In this document: positions 24,969-35,628 of the stretch, piece after piece
How the letters are laid out: the number at the start of each line of letters is the position of its first letter
How positions within the stretch are numbered: position 1 is the first letter of the stretch
Position numbers and translations under genes: made by a program
Origin: a virus
Length of the DNA stretch: 64,000 nucleotides
Direction: 5' to 3' (one strand)
Virus record (IMG/VR): IMGVR_UViG_3300015371_000011
Coordinates: 1-64,000 of that record
Notes under the pieces: generated by a model
The model's input: only the letters and a program-made list of their open reading frames with translations
Database searches by the model: none
What the model was told of the DNA's origin: nothing

Positions 24969-26314
24969 CAGTCGGCCCATGCTAATAGCGGCGCATCGTC
25001 ATAGCAGCGTTTGTAAGCCATCTGGCAATACTCGATTTTAAGTTCTAGCCCAATACCAAACCGCCCCAGCTTATCCGCTACTAGCGCCGTGGTGCCCGCG
25101 CCGGAGAATGGGTCGAGCACTATGCAGGGCGTTATTGGCGCGTCGTGCGTGCATGTGGGCTGCCAGCCGAGGGTCGTGGATTGATATGCAATATTTCTTT
25201 GCATGTCTGAATAATTCCCATGTGCCGACCCGTTAGGATTAAACGGCGTAGTAGAACGCCGGCCGTCATATGTTGTCTGTTGACGCTCCGTCACCCTCTC
25301 CCACGGCGCACCGCACACGCTACACGCGCCCTTCTCGCTCGTGCCCGCCTTGATGCAGCGCTCGGCTATGGCCTCGGGAAATGTGGCAAAGTGCGCTTCG
25401 GGATAGGGCTGCGTGGCTATTTCCCAGACGGTTCTAATATTTCTGCCTGCTTCATTCGGTAACGGATAAGGACCACGATGGTTATTACCTTGATGTATTC
25501 GGCGGGCTTCTGATTCTGCGTGATTTATATTTGCCATCGTGCCGCCATTATTTTCGTCCCACAACCTAGCATGCGGCTCCCGTACCGCATCCTGATCGAA
25601 GTAATATCTTTCATTTTTAGTGAGCAGGAAAATGTATTCGTGCGCCTTGGTGGGCCTGTCCGTCACGCTCTCCGGCATGGGATTGGGCTTTGACCAGATA
25701 ATATCGCTGCGCAGATACCATCCATCGGCTTGCAGGGCGAAGGCAACGCGCCAGGGGATGCCAACGAGATCCTTGGGCTTGAGGCTCCAATTTTCAAATG
25801 ATTGCTGTACCACCGTATTGCCAATGTGAGATTTGCGGCTTTCTAATTTAGTACCGACGAAGCCGTTATGTGGCTGCGTGACATTACGCGGTTTTCCTTG
25901 TCGGGTAAAATGATGTGTCGCCATTGAATCGCCTAGGTTGCACCACACCGTACCATCGTCGCGCAGCACACGCTTCACTTCCCGAAATACCGCCACCATG
26001 CGCTCGACGTATTCTTCAGGCGATTTTTCCAATCCCAACTGGCGGTCGATGCGCGTTGCGCCGCATGAACAAACAGCCGCTGGTAAATCCCTTGGGAAAG
26101 CGTTCTCAGTTTGCTTGCCGGGTGCACCTGATCCACCGCGCCCATTACGATGGGCAACGCGGTCGTGCGCGTGAGTTTCATCGCCGCCCGACCATGACGC
26201 CGTACCGTAATCCCTCAGCCCCCAGTACGGCGGGCTCGTCACCACGCACTGAACGCTGTTGTCCTTGAGCGGTAGCGGATTAGTGACATCAGCCTGTAAT
26301 ATTTGCCAACTCAT
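24968..26314 (-). CDS. DNA methyltransferase (N4-mC/N6-mA, beta class)
   Basis: VTSPPY..HFATFP..LDPFSGAGTT. Confidence 0.92.
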   Translation of the reverse strand: MSWQILQADVTNPLPLKDNSVQCVVTSPPYWGLRDYGTASWSGGDETHAHDRVAHRNGRGGSGAPGKQTENAFPRDLPAAVCSCGATRIDRQLGLEKSPEEYVERMVAVFREVKRVLRDDGTVWCNLGDSMATHHFTRQGKPRNVTQPHNGFVGTKLESRKSHIGNTVVQQSFENWSLKPKDLVGIPWRVAFALQADGWYLRSDIIWSKPNPMPESVTDRPTKAHEYIFLLTKNERYYFDQDAVREPHARLWDENNGGTMANINHAESEARRIHQGNNHRGPYPLPNEAGRNIRTVWEIATQPYPEAHFATFPEAIAERCIKAGTSEKGACSVCGAPWERVTERQQTTYDGRRSTTPFNPNGSAHGNYSDMQRNIAYQSTTLGWQPTCTHDAPITPCIVLDPFSGAGTTALVADKLGRFGIGLELKIEYCQMAYKRCYDDAPLLAWAD

Positions 26315-26811
26315 TCGTCATCGTCCTCAACCACATGCCCATTACCCTGCGTCACTGCGTATTGCTGAAACATCTCGGCAGGCACGATGCCCGCTGCTAC
26401 CATCGCCTTGAATGCCGTCACAACCTGCTCGTAGTTTGTCGGCTCGTTTTGCTGCACCACGGTTTGCTGATTGACAATGACTTGCGGCATGTCATTCATG
26501 GACACAGGACGGCCGCAGGTATACTCCAAGGCTAACTTCACATACTCAGGCTCGCCGCGTAGCGCCCGTGCCCATATCATGCCCGCCAGCGTGCGCTCGT
26601 TAGTCCACCCTGCACTGTAGCCAACCATTTGTATCAGCCACTTGCGCTCTTTCGGCTCCAGCCCCTTAGTCTTATTCTCACCTATATCCTTGAGCCATGT
26701 GCGTACCGAGAATTCTTTACGCGGACGTCCAGCAGGGTTAGGTGACTGTCCGCCCTTAATCCATGCTGGATTACCGCCCTTGTTGACAACTTGTTTTTCA
26801 AACCCGTCCAT
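26311..26811 (-). CDS. Probable terminase small subunit (DUF5681-like)
   Basis: GQSPNPAGRP motif upstream of TerL. Confidence 0.7.
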   Translation of the reverse strand: MDGFEKQVVNKGGNPAWIKGGQSPNPAGRPRKEFSVRTWLKDIGENKTKGLEPKERKWLIQMVGYSAGWTNERTLAGMIWARALRGEPEYVKLALEYTCGRPVSMNDMPQVIVNQQTVVQQNEPTNYEQVVTAFKAMVAAGIVPAEMFQQYAVTQGNGHVVEDDDE

Positions 26812-26816
26812 CGCCG

Positions 26817-27155
26817 CTATATTAATCCCTTAGCCTTGATTTCCCGCATACTTACCTGCTTGGGCTTTACCGCCTTGTAAACTTCAACCAACGGTTTATC
26901 TAAATCCTTGCTAGTTATCTTTTTGTCTACCAATCCAATAAATACTAAATCCTGGGTCCGTCGCACTAAAGCATTGAGCCAACTGACACCATCATCTCTG
27001 GTACAATCCACATCGGTAGCCCACCTGCGCTTTCTATCCATCACGATTTCAATCGTCTCGACTCCCAATTGATCGTTGTAGCTATACCGCTCGACGTATC
27101 CACGCTTGATACCCCAAGACTGCATAATGGCGGTAAGCGGTATGTCTTTTCTCAT
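26817..27155 (-). CDS. Hypothetical protein
   Basis: ATGA coupling. Confidence 0.6.
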   Translation of the reverse strand: MRKDIPLTAIMQSWGIKRGYVERYSYNDQLGVETIEIVMDRKRRWATDVDCTRDDGVSWLNALVRRTQDLVFIGLVDKKITSKDLDKPLVEVYKAVKPKQVSMREIKAKGLI

Positions 27156-27379
27156 ATGTTGGGATCCCATACTGGCGGCGGGGGAGCTGGAGGCGGCGGC
27201 TTACGCTGTACTACTTCGCCGTCTACGGTAAGAGCTAATGTGTGATTATCGCAGTATATCTGATCGCCAAGCATCACCCAGCCATCGGGCACGCTCGGCG
27301 TATGCCTATACCATTGGCGCTTGAAACCGCACTTGTCGCAGATATAAGTCGAGCCTGGCTGAAACCCCATTTGCGCCAC
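27152..27379 (-). CDS. Zn-ribbon protein
   Basis: CDKCG..YCDNH. Confidence 0.6.
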   Translation of the reverse strand: MAQMGFQPGSTYICDKCGFKRQWYRHTPSVPDGWVMLGDQIYCDNHTLALTVDGEVVQRKPPPPAPPPPVWDPNI

Positions 27380-28888
27380 TCATATCACGTTTGCACTAGT
27401 AATAGTATTCTCCAACAACCGCCTCTTCAAATCGTGGCCGAGCATAAAGCCAATCTCCATGATTGCCCGCGGCCCAAACTTGCCTAACACATAGGCGCGA
27501 TACGACTCGTCACTAAAATACCGCTTGAATGCATAATCCCTAAACGCCAGTACTTCTTCTGGCAGCAGGTACTTGGTCCCTAACGGCTCGTGCTCGTAAC
27601 TGTGAAACGACCAGGCCAGCCAGTCTTTCGGTGGTGTCCAGCCTTGCTTGATTTTGTCATTCCAGAGTTGGCTACCAGGGAAGGCCACGGTGCAATACAT
27701 ATTCACGTATTCTGTCTTTAATTCGAGCGCAAGCTGCAGCGTGTCATTCATGGATTCTAGTGTGTCGTTAGGCAGGCCAAACATATAATTGGCAATGATA
27801 TTTATGCCGTGCTGCTTAATGCGATTCACGGTGTCGATAATATCGTCACGACCATAGTCGCCCTTGTCTACACCGTCGCGTACCTCATCGGACACGGATT
27901 CAATTCCCAGACACAGCCACTTGAATCCGGCTTGCCGCATTTTATCCAGGAATCTGTCTTTGGTCTGATCAACACGGCCGTAACACCACAGGTTGAGCCT
28001 GTCACCGTAACGCTCTCTAATCCCGTCGCAAATGGATTCCACATGGTGCGGTTGCAGCACGAACATCTCATCATTAATTCGTATATTGGTAACGCCATAA
28101 GTCTCCACCAGTATGTCTAGCTCACGCATGACGGACGGCGCCGACCACATGCGATACATATTCACGCCGTCACGCCTAGTCGCTAGCTTGTTGCCTTCGC
28201 TAAATGGCGAATTAATCATGCAAAATGAGCACGCAAACGGGCAGCCGAGTGACGTGTAGATCGATGCGTATGGCGTGCGCTCGAAGTTATTCGTCCAGGC
28301 GTGGTGCGCGTAGGAGCGATAGCGGGCCATCGGCAGCAAATCCCAGCAATCGCCGGGCATGTCGTGGTCGAGGTCTTGGACGTTAGGAGCGTGTTGCGGT
28401 GATTCACTCGGCACCACGCCGCGCACCGTACCTGCCAAACCTTTCAGCTTGCACACCATATCAAACACGCTAATCGGCCCTTCGCCCGTACAAACATAAT
28501 CCGCACCCGTTTCACGCAAACTTTGATAAGGCAATGCCGCTGGATGACCGCCTATCAGCATTATAGGCATATCTGGCATGACAGCCTTAAGCGCTTTAAC
28601 CGTGGCCGCAGCCGCTGGCATTTTCTGCGTGCTGGCCGATGGCTGTGTACCGTGCACTATCACGCATACGAGCTTCGGTTGGAGGTGGCTTGCTAGCCTA
28701 GCCACAGTCTCGGCGTCATAGCCCATCGCCTCGGCGTCCAATATCATCACACTGATGTTTTTACGGCGCAGATATGACGCGATCAGGCGGCAGTGGATAG
28801 GCGGCTCGATGGCCGTTAAGCCTGCGCCCGTCAAGCCTTGAAAGACTTTATGCGGCTCGCCTGGATTGATGAGGATAACGTCAGCCAT
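27380..28888 (-). CDS. B12-binding radical SAM enzyme (class B methyltransferase-like)
   Basis: IGGHPAALP..GEG; TSLGCPFACSFC; LGIES; FGLPNDT. Confidence 0.92.
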   Translation of the reverse strand: MADVILINPGEPHKVFQGLTGAGLTAIEPPIHCRLIASYLRRKNISVMILDAEAMGYDAETVARLASHLQPKLVCVIVHGTQPSASTQKMPAAAATVKALKAVMPDMPIMLIGGHPAALPYQSLRETGADYVCTGEGPISVFDMVCKLKGLAGTVRGVVPSESPQHAPNVQDLDHDMPGDCWDLLPMARYRSYAHHAWTNNFERTPYASIYTSLGCPFACSFCMINSPFSEGNKLATRRDGVNMYRMWSAPSVMRELDILVETYGVTNIRINDEMFVLQPHHVESICDGIRERYGDRLNLWCYGRVDQTKDRFLDKMRQAGFKWLCLGIESVSDEVRDGVDKGDYGRDDIIDTVNRIKQHGINIIANYMFGLPNDTLESMNDTLQLALELKTEYVNMYCTVAFPGSQLWNDKIKQGWTPPKDWLAWSFHSYEHEPLGTKYLLPEEVLAFRDYAFKRYFSDESYRAYVLGKFGPRAIMEIGFMLGHDLKRRLLENTITSANVI

Positions 28889-29786
28889 GCCGCTCTGCCC
28901 ATTTCAGAAAATAGCCCGTCGGGTCACGAAAGAATTTCTGCACCACATTGACAAAATACTGCCGCGCATTGCGTGAATCACTAGTCGGCTCAATGTGCAA
29001 TATGCGCTCAAACTCGTTATGCATCTCCCAATCCGTCGCCCTAGTTGATACCTGATAGATAAAGTCCAACGGCTCGTCATCTTCGGCCAATATCGGCGAG
29101 TCCGCAATCACAATCGGCACACGGCCAAACGCGCACGCCTCATACAGCCGTGCCGTATGGTGGCCCGCACCACCTGGACACAGGCAAAACGCGTTATCAA
29201 GCATGCCCTGAATGTAACTTGCCGCAATCTCGTGCTGCGGCGGCACCACCGCGCCCCAGAATTGATTCGTCTTGATCTCGGCAGGCAGCCCCTTACATGC
29301 GTCAATCATACGCTGGCGCAGGCCGTTCGGCTCAGGCTGGCCATTGAAATACAGGCGCCTGAGTGGCGGCGATGTCCATTCGGGTGCGCCATCGTCTACG
29401 AGTTGCATGAGTAGTCGGCTACACGGCGGACGTGCCATAAAGCGCCAGCCTTGCTGCACTTTCCCTGCGCGGCTGTAGGCATTCATGACGATGAGCGTTG
29501 CAGGCTTCAGCCATTCGGGCCATTCAATGCACCACCAATCACCCTCTAAATCAAAAATGTGCTTGCGCTCACGACCTTTATAGTGCTCAAAACGATTCGG
29601 GTGCAGCAAGAACGCCACGTTATTGTGGTAGCGGCCGCACCAAAACCAATCCGCGGCGCCAGGGTCGGTTGTCACGGCAAAGTGCGCGTCCACGTCGGCC
29701 TGATTAGCAAATGGCCAGCGCTCGAATCCCTGCGTGGGATACTTGTCAACGAGGGCGTCAGGGTAAATGAATAGCTTAGGCTTCAA
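28881..29786 (-). CDS. Exostosin-family (GT47-like) glycosyltransferase
   Basis: FCLCPGGAG..RLYEACAFGRVPIVIAD. Confidence 0.8.
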   Translation of the reverse strand: MKPKLFIYPDALVDKYPTQGFERWPFANQADVDAHFAVTTDPGAADWFWCGRYHNNVAFLLHPNRFEHYKGRERKHIFDLEGDWWCIEWPEWLKPATLIVMNAYSRAGKVQQGWRFMARPPCSRLLMQLVDDGAPEWTSPPLRRLYFNGQPEPNGLRQRMIDACKGLPAEIKTNQFWGAVVPPQHEIAASYIQGMLDNAFCLCPGGAGHHTARLYEACAFGRVPIVIADSPILAEDDEPLDFIYQVSTRATDWEMHNEFERILHIEPTSDSRNARQYFVNVVQKFFRDPTGYFLKWAERHG

Positions 29787-29974
29787 TTTTTACGTCGCCA
29801 CGTTTCTCCACACACATTACAGCGCCAGTATTCAGCGTGGTTAGGATCGCCTATGTCCTTTAACAAAGCTACCAAACAACTTGTAAATGCATCGCACTTT
29901 GGACAGAACTGCTCTTCAGGTAAACCAAATGGATTGTCACGCTCTGCCTTTAGGGCTTCACTTTTCTTTCTCAT
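29783..29974 (-). CDS. Zn-ribbon protein
   Basis: CPKC..CNVCG. Confidence 0.6.
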   Translation of the reverse strand: MRKKSEALKAERDNPFGLPEEQFCPKCDAFTSCLVALLKDIGDPNHAEYWRCNVCGETWRRKN

Positions 29975-30173
29975 ACGGCGCCAGCGCCCGCTCCGACATC
30001 ACTTCTTCTATAAACTCGCCATCACGCAGCGCTTTGATTGCGCACAGATAACAGGCATACACCATATTACGCGCATCACGGTAACGGATACGCCAGCACG
30101 CGGGTTTGGCCCCGCATATTTCACAGACAAGACGCGTGTCACCTCCACTATAAGAAAACGCTGCGGTATTCAT
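29958..30173 (-). CDS. Zn-finger protein
   Basis: CEICG..CYLC. Confidence 0.55.
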   Translation of the reverse strand: MNTAAFSYSGGDTRLVCEICGAKPACWRIRYRDARNMVYACYLCAIKALRDGEFIEEVMSERALAPYEKEK

Positions 30174-30182
30174 TCATCCCTT

Positions 30183-31061
30183 TCATTCCCATGCCCCCCA
30201 CGGCGACGGCGTGCGCACCGATTCACGCCCCTCTCGTATTGCCGCTATGCGCTCCACAAACATGCGGTGGTTATCCTCGGCGCTTCGCTGCCACGGCTTG
30301 ACAATCGAGTGCGCCAACCGCGGCAGGCCATAAACGCCAATCTTGTAGTTGCACGTCGGCAACAAGCAAAATTTCCAACCTACCATCTCCGCCCTGATAC
30401 CAATATGAATATCCTGTGACGCATAGCCGCCGTCAAATCTCTCATCCCAGCCATTGATTTCCTTCAGCACGGCTAGCGGTATCGAATCATTAAGGCTCGC
30501 ATACCATTTATCGCCCGGCATGCGAAACATTTCAGTCTCGCCTATGCGCTCGCCCTGCATGCCGCCTTTGCGCTCGCGATAAACAGGCTCGACACAATCA
30601 AAGTAATGCCGCGCACGCTCGGCGGTAAACTCATCGGTAAACGACGTCCACCAGACATCTTCAATCTCTTTCGAGTCATTCATCGCCGGCCACGGATAGC
30701 GGTCCAAATAACCGCTGGCCGAGTAACCAGACAGATTCTTGTAGATATTCCAATGATCACGCAGGTAATACGGGTAGGCCCAGATATAATCGTTGAGAAA
30801 ACAAATCAGCTCGCCCTCGGCATGGCGCAGGCCAGTATTCCAGCCTGCACAGTGGTCTATGTAATCGTGTGGCGTTGGCGGGACGTGCCTAAATGCAGGA
30901 ATGAAATAATCATCTACAAACCTTTTGCGCGCTTCATGCCATTCATCGACATAAATCACTTCGAACTGTGGCGCATCTACCTGTGCTTTCATCGAATTGA
31001 TAAGCATGTCCAAGCCGCCGAGCGAGATTGTGGTGGTGATGACAGAGATGCTCATTGCCAA
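30183..31061 (-). CDS. GT2-family glycosyltransferase
   Basis: ISVITTT..FEVIYVDE..NTGLRHAEGELICFLND..INGWDERF. Confidence 0.85.
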   Translation of the reverse strand: MAMSISVITTTISLGGLDMLINSMKAQVDAPQFEVIYVDEWHEARKRFVDDYFIPAFRHVPPTPHDYIDHCAGWNTGLRHAEGELICFLNDYIWAYPYYLRDHWNIYKNLSGYSASGYLDRYPWPAMNDSKEIEDVWWTSFTDEFTAERARHYFDCVEPVYRERKGGMQGERIGETEMFRMPGDKWYASLNDSIPLAVLKEINGWDERFDGGYASQDIHIGIRAEMVGWKFCLLPTCNYKIGVYGLPRLAHSIVKPWQRSAEDNHRMFVERIAAIREGRESVRTPSPWGAWE

Positions 31062-32023
31062 TCTTCGCCTAGATAATCCTTGATGCGCTTCACCACGCCA
31101 TCAACGGTAAGTCCGTACTTTTTGTGCGCCTCGTCCCTACCCCACGGCTCAAAGTGATACACGTCAGGTATGCCGACGCGCAGTAACGAATTAAGGTTGT
31201 CGGCATCATGCAGGACTTCGCTCACAATCGAGCCAAGGCCACCGCTCAAGAAATGTTCTTCTAGTGTGATGATATTTTTCTGGCCTACGTGCGCTAGAAA
31301 TTCATCTTTATCAAAAGGCCATACCCGCGCCACATCGACTACGCCAAATTCTAATTTCTCCTTTAGAAAAAATTCGCTCACCTTCAATGCCGTGTGCGTC
31401 ATGATGCCTGACGAGACGATCCATGCATCACACTCGGACTTGCGCCAATTAGGATACAAAAACGTCAACGGCTTAAAGTCGTATTCGTCGGCCTTGTAGA
31501 TATTCGGTATGCCTGCCCGATCAAATCTAATATATTTCGGCGTTAGCCGCTCATAGCTGAGTTTCGCCAATGCAGCGCCACAGACTGAATCGGCTGGCGA
31601 GTATATCTCCAAGCCACAGCATGTGCGCATGATCGAAATGTCGTCCGCCGTATGATGCGACGGACCCATCTCCGCATAAGCATAGCCTGCACCCACACCA
31701 AGAATCGTAATAGGCAATTTCGAAGCACACACATCTAGCTTCACAAACTCATGGACATGACTGGTCGCAAACGGGGCGATGCAGTACGTCCATACGCGTT
31801 TGCCTTCCTGCGCTAATCCAGATGCCATACCAATCATGTTTTGCTCGGCTATGCCTACCTGAATAAACTGGCGTGGCGTCTGCTCGACAAACTGATCGAG
31901 ACTCGGTGCGCCATTGTCGGCGGTTATCAGAATGCAATTCGAGTCAGCTTTGAAAATATCGAATAGCGCATTGAAAAAGGCGTCGCGCTGGCCAATGATT
32001 CGCGGCGTTGCTTCGTAGCTCAT
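31052..32023 (-). CDS. Transketolase-like C-terminal subunit
   Basis: VGIAEQNMIGMASGLA..GPSHH..TLEEH..GGLG. Confidence 0.92.
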   Translation of the reverse strand: MSYEATPRIIGQRDAFFNALFDIFKADSNCILITADNGAPSLDQFVEQTPRQFIQVGIAEQNMIGMASGLAQEGKRVWTYCIAPFATSHVHEFVKLDVCASKLPITILGVGAGYAYAEMGPSHHTADDISIMRTCCGLEIYSPADSVCGAALAKLSYERLTPKYIRFDRAGIPNIYKADEYDFKPLTFLYPNWRKSECDAWIVSSGIMTHTALKVSEFFLKEKLEFGVVDVARVWPFDKDEFLAHVGQKNIITLEEHFLSGGLGSIVSEVLHDADNLNSLLRVGIPDVYHFEPWGRDEAHKKYGLTVDGVVKRIKDYLGEDWQ

Positions 32024-32886
32024 TCCATGCCCAACTCTTTCTTGCTTTGCTCTAAGTCCGCGCCTAGGGGCGCTCTATAATGCCAGAGCCGCACATCTTG
32101 CATTACGCTTGCCCCGTGGCCCTTGTCCGTATGCGCGATAACGCATAGCGGTTTGGTAATCAACGGCCAGTCACGAAAGCCTTCTAGCGACTTGAATATA
32201 TCGTTGAAGTCATGCCCGTCACATTCTCTAATCTCACACCCAAATGCCGCTAGCTTATTTGCCAACGGGTCAAGGCCAGGCCCATCGGACGCATAGAGCA
32301 ATTCATCGTGCATACCGATTGTCGCTTGCTTGTTGTTATCTACAATCAGAATCAGGTGGCCATACGCCCCTACCGCCGACGACTCGTTGTATCGTCCACC
32401 CGCCGTGAATAGCGCCTCCCAATTGCTGCCCTCGTAAAGCTCGCCGTCACCGAGCAAGCAAAATATGAAATGCTTTTTGTTGGCAAGCCGTGCGGCGTGC
32501 GCCATGCCCAGGGCTATCGGCAAGCCATGCCCTAGCGATCCTGTCAGGACTTCAATCCCAGGCACGTTGTATTCAGCATGCACGCCGAGAATGCCACCAG
32601 GGGATGCGAAGCGGTCTATCTCTTCTTCGCTGAAAAAACCCAAATCGGCTAGGATTGGATATAAGCCGAGTCCACCCTGCCCCTTTGAGAGAATGAATCT
32701 GTCACGCCCATCCCATTTCGGATTCTTCGGGTCTACGTTTAGAAGCCCACCGTAATAGAGCGCCACGGTCAACTCCATTTGCGAGAAGGCCGTGCTCACA
32801 TGGCCCGACTCTTTTCTAACCGCCATCTCCAAAACCTGGCGCCGCATCTGGAGCGCCTTGCCTGCCAGAAACTCAACATCAATCAC
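32020..32886 (-). CDS. Transketolase-like N-terminal (TPP-binding) subunit
   Basis: RDRFILSKG..TGSLGHGL..GDGELYEGSNWEA. Confidence 0.92.
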   Translation of the reverse strand: MIDVEFLAGKALQMRRQVLEMAVRKESGHVSTAFSQMELTVALYYGGLLNVDPKNPKWDGRDRFILSKGQGGLGLYPILADLGFFSEEEIDRFASPGGILGVHAEYNVPGIEVLTGSLGHGLPIALGMAHAARLANKKHFIFCLLGDGELYEGSNWEALFTAGGRYNESSAVGAYGHLILIVDNNKQATIGMHDELLYASDGPGLDPLANKLAAFGCEIRECDGHDFNDIFKSLEGFRDWPLITKPLCVIAHTDKGHGASVMQDVRLWHYRAPLGADLEQSKKELGME

Positions 32887-33823
32887 GATTCACCGCCTTT
32901 AATTCATCCACCAGCCATTCAAGGCTTTCAGTCAAACCAATCTTTGCCGTCCAGCCCGTCTCGATGCAAAACTTATCGCAATCGGGCACTGCGTAGAAAA
33001 CATCCGTCGGCCGGCGCAGCGTCTCTTTCTCGTGCCACTCGGCATACACGGGCACAATGCGCCTTAGCTCGTCGGCTATGCGCTGGATGCTGCACGGCTC
33101 CTCGCTACCGATATTGTAAACGCCCGGCCCGCATTTCGTGGCCGCGAGATAGTACGCCTTCACAATATCCCTCACATCACAAAACGTACGCACGGGCGAC
33201 AAATCGCCATGCTCAATCACATCCGTGTCGCCGCGTGAGAACTGCACGAGCTGATAGGCTAGCGACGTAGCCACCAGGTCGGGACGGCGCGGATTGATAT
33301 AACCAAAGGCGCGCGTAATCACCAGCGGGAATCCTGCCATCATCGAATAGCAATTGGCGTAGTGCTCCTGACACGATTTCGTCACCGCATACGGGCTGCA
33401 CGGATTGTGCGGCTGCTCTTCACGAATCGGGTTTTCTATCTGCGGCACATTGCCGTAAATCTCGGATGATGACGCCAACACTACCTTCGGCTTTAACCCG
33501 CTTTCGGCTATGGCGTGAAAGAGGTTAAGAGTACCGCCGACATTATTGGCTAGAAACAATTCAGGCTCAGCGAAACACCGCTTCACGTTGGCAATACCCG
33601 CCAAATGAATAATCACTTCGGGATTAGCGTTTTTTAAAGCACGAGCAATCTTTTCATTATCCGTTGCTAGATTTATTGGATGTGAATAAACGTCAAGATA
33701 CTTCGCCACTTCACCAGCTACAGGCTTGCGGCCGATGCCATACACCGTCTCGCCTGCCTCTTTTAGAAACTTGGCCTGATAGTAGCCAACCGCGCCCGTG
33801 GCGCCGACGATAAGAAACCTCAC
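32879..33823 (-). CDS. NDP-sugar dehydratase/reductase (Gmd/Rmd-like extended SDR)
   Basis: GATGAVG..SSSEIYG..SPYAVTK..RTFCDVRD. Confidence 0.88.
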   Translation of the reverse strand: MRFLIVGATGAVGYYQAKFLKEAGETVYGIGRKPVAGEVAKYLDVYSHPINLATDNEKIARALKNANPEVIIHLAGIANVKRCFAEPELFLANNVGGTLNLFHAIAESGLKPKVVLASSSEIYGNVPQIENPIREEQPHNPCSPYAVTKSCQEHYANCYSMMAGFPLVITRAFGYINPRRPDLVATSLAYQLVQFSRGDTDVIEHGDLSPVRTFCDVRDIVKAYYLAATKCGPGVYNIGSEEPCSIQRIADELRRIVPVYAEWHEKETLRRPTDVFYAVPDCDKFCIETGWTAKIGLTESLEWLVDELKAVNRD

Positions 33824-34791
33824 TTGCGCGCCACTCCCTGATTCTTTCTATACCAATCCACCGTCAACTTGAGTCCGTGATGCAGGCTGGTGCGCGCCTC
33901 GAATCCCATATCACGCTTTGCCTTGCTCACGTCGAAACACCGCCGCGCCTGCCCGTTAGGCATGGTGTGGTCCCATGTAATGCGGCCCTTAAAGCCTGTG
34001 ATTTTCGCCAGCATCTTCACCACTTCGGCTATACTGTGCTCCTTGCCGCTCGATAGATTCACAATCTGCGGCTCGTCATAGACTTCGGCAGCTTTCAATA
34101 TCCCTTCGCAGACATCAGGCGCATAAATAAAATCGCGCGTAGCCGTGCCGTGGCCCCATAGGCTTAATACATCGGCGTTATTGTCCACAGCCTCAACGAA
34201 TCGACGCACCAATGCGGGTATGACGTGGCCCTGCTCCAGGTTAAACCAGTCGTGCGGCCCTTACAGATTGCCAGGTATCACCACCACGCTAGGCAGACCG
34301 TACTGCGTATAAACGGCCTTGGCCTGCACGATTTGCATCCTTTTGGCTAACGAATACGGCGCGCTCTCTGGCTGCGGCAAGCCATTCCAGTAATCCTCTT
34401 CTTTGGTCGGTATAGGCGCATGCTCAGGATAGCCGCAGCCCGCCGATACTAGCACGGCTTTCTTGATGCCGTAGTCGTGCGCGTAATAGAGCAGGTGGGC
34501 GCTCATGGTCAGATTATCGTAAAAGAAATCCGCTGGCCGCTGCATGTTAGCGTTGATGCCGCCTACCAGGCCCGCCATGTGCACGAGCACCGTCGGCACC
34601 CGCTTAGTGTGGTGGTTGATATACAATTCTTCAACCTGATTCGCGTCTCTCAAGTCGTAAGCCTCGTGGCTAGGCCCAACGATATACGCTTTGCGGTGCA
34701 GGCAGCGCATGGTGCGCTGAAAGTTTCTTCCAAGAAACCCTGCGGACCCTGTTAATAAAGTTTGGTGCTCGTCCCAGTTAAACATGGCCAC
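33820..34791 (-). pseudogene. fcl: GDP-L-fucose synthase-like epimerase/reductase interrupted by an in-frame TAA at 34261-34263
   Basis: AGLVGGINAN..YSLAKR..GNL*GPHD..HVIPALVRRF..WGHGTATRDF. Confidence 0.85.
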
Positions 34792-34826
34792 CTAACCGAA
34801 ACGGCGCGCCTTCGACGCCGACGCGC

Positions 34827-35015
34827 CTAGCCTCGGTGAATTTTCTCGGCTTCCTCCTTTGTGTTTATTTTCTTCTCTGACACACCCGACATCTGAGCGC
34901 GTAGCCAATTGTCGTAGACTTCAAGCAGCATCACCTCGACGCCATTCGGCCATATCCCCTTTTGCGCACAGTGCTCCAGAAAGGCTTGCAGGCGGTCGCT
35001 AAAGCGTTGGCTCAT
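34827..35015 (-). CDS. Hypothetical protein
   Basis: ORF in operon. Confidence 0.55.
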   Translation of the reverse strand: MSQRFSDRLQAFLEHCAQKGIWPNGVEVMLLEVYDNWLRAQMSGVSEKKINTKEEAEKIHRG

Positions 35016-35017
35016 GA

Positions 35018-35395
35018 TTAAAACCTCTTGCCGCCTGCAAAGTTTAAAGGGATTTTGTGCTTAACGCTTTTCCATGCAACCAAGCGGTCGGGTGCCCATG
35101 AGTACCAGATATAAACTTCAAGAATGTTATTCTGCTCAAGCAAGTCGAAAGTCCGCGCCTGATTCGGAGAAACGCTATCGTTTGGTCCTTTGACTTCAAC
35201 GCCAATCGTCTTGCCGTTAAACCGCACTAAAAAATCAGGCCAGCTAGGACGATGGACCACCGTCCAATTATGGATATGCGCACGCTTGACAAAATCTTGC
35301 TCAGCAGGCACTAGCCGTTCAGGTATAACTTTAAAATTCTTTGCCTTTTTGATTTCCTTAGCGATGAATTTTCGCAAGCTAGGACTCAGGCTCAT
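35018..35395 (-). CDS. VRR-NUC-like nuclease
   Basis: WPDFLV..GVEVKG..SPNQ. Confidence 0.75.
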   Translation of the reverse strand: MSLSPSLRKFIAKEIKKAKNFKVIPERLVPAEQDFVKRAHIHNWTVVHRPSWPDFLVRFNGKTIGVEVKGPNDSVSPNQARTFDLLEQNNILEVYIWYSWAPDRLVAWKSVKHKIPLNFAGGKRF

Positions 35396-35628
35396 TGATT
35401 CTCTCCGTTCTTAACAAGCCGCCCCATTACGCGATGAAACTCAAGACTCCACTTGCCATATTCTTTTACCCGCGAATAAACCTCGTCCGCTAGTTTCTCG
35501 GCACGCGGTATTAGGCTATTGCGCCAGTCGATATAGTCACAGTTATGGACGTGCAAATCATTGCGCAGAACGGGTTGACCGTTGCGATATTCAATCTTGC
35601 CCTCGGCACAGCTACAAAACACAGTCAT
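35392..35628 (-). CDS. Hypothetical protein
   Basis: Coupled ORF. Confidence 0.6.
   Translation of the reverse strand: MTVFCSCAEGKIEYRNGQPVLRNDLHVHNCDYIDWRNSLIPRAEKLADEVYSRVKEYGKWSLEFHRVMGRLVKNGENQ

Noticed and set aside
31052-32886. Transketolase as a pentose-phosphate auxiliary metabolic gene
   Set aside because: The split two-subunit form among NDP-sugar genes fits sugar-branching chemistry better.
34261-34263. Alternative genetic code (TAA or TGA recoding)
   Set aside because: All three stop codons end genes normally elsewhere; there is only one internal stop and no suppressor tRNA was seen.
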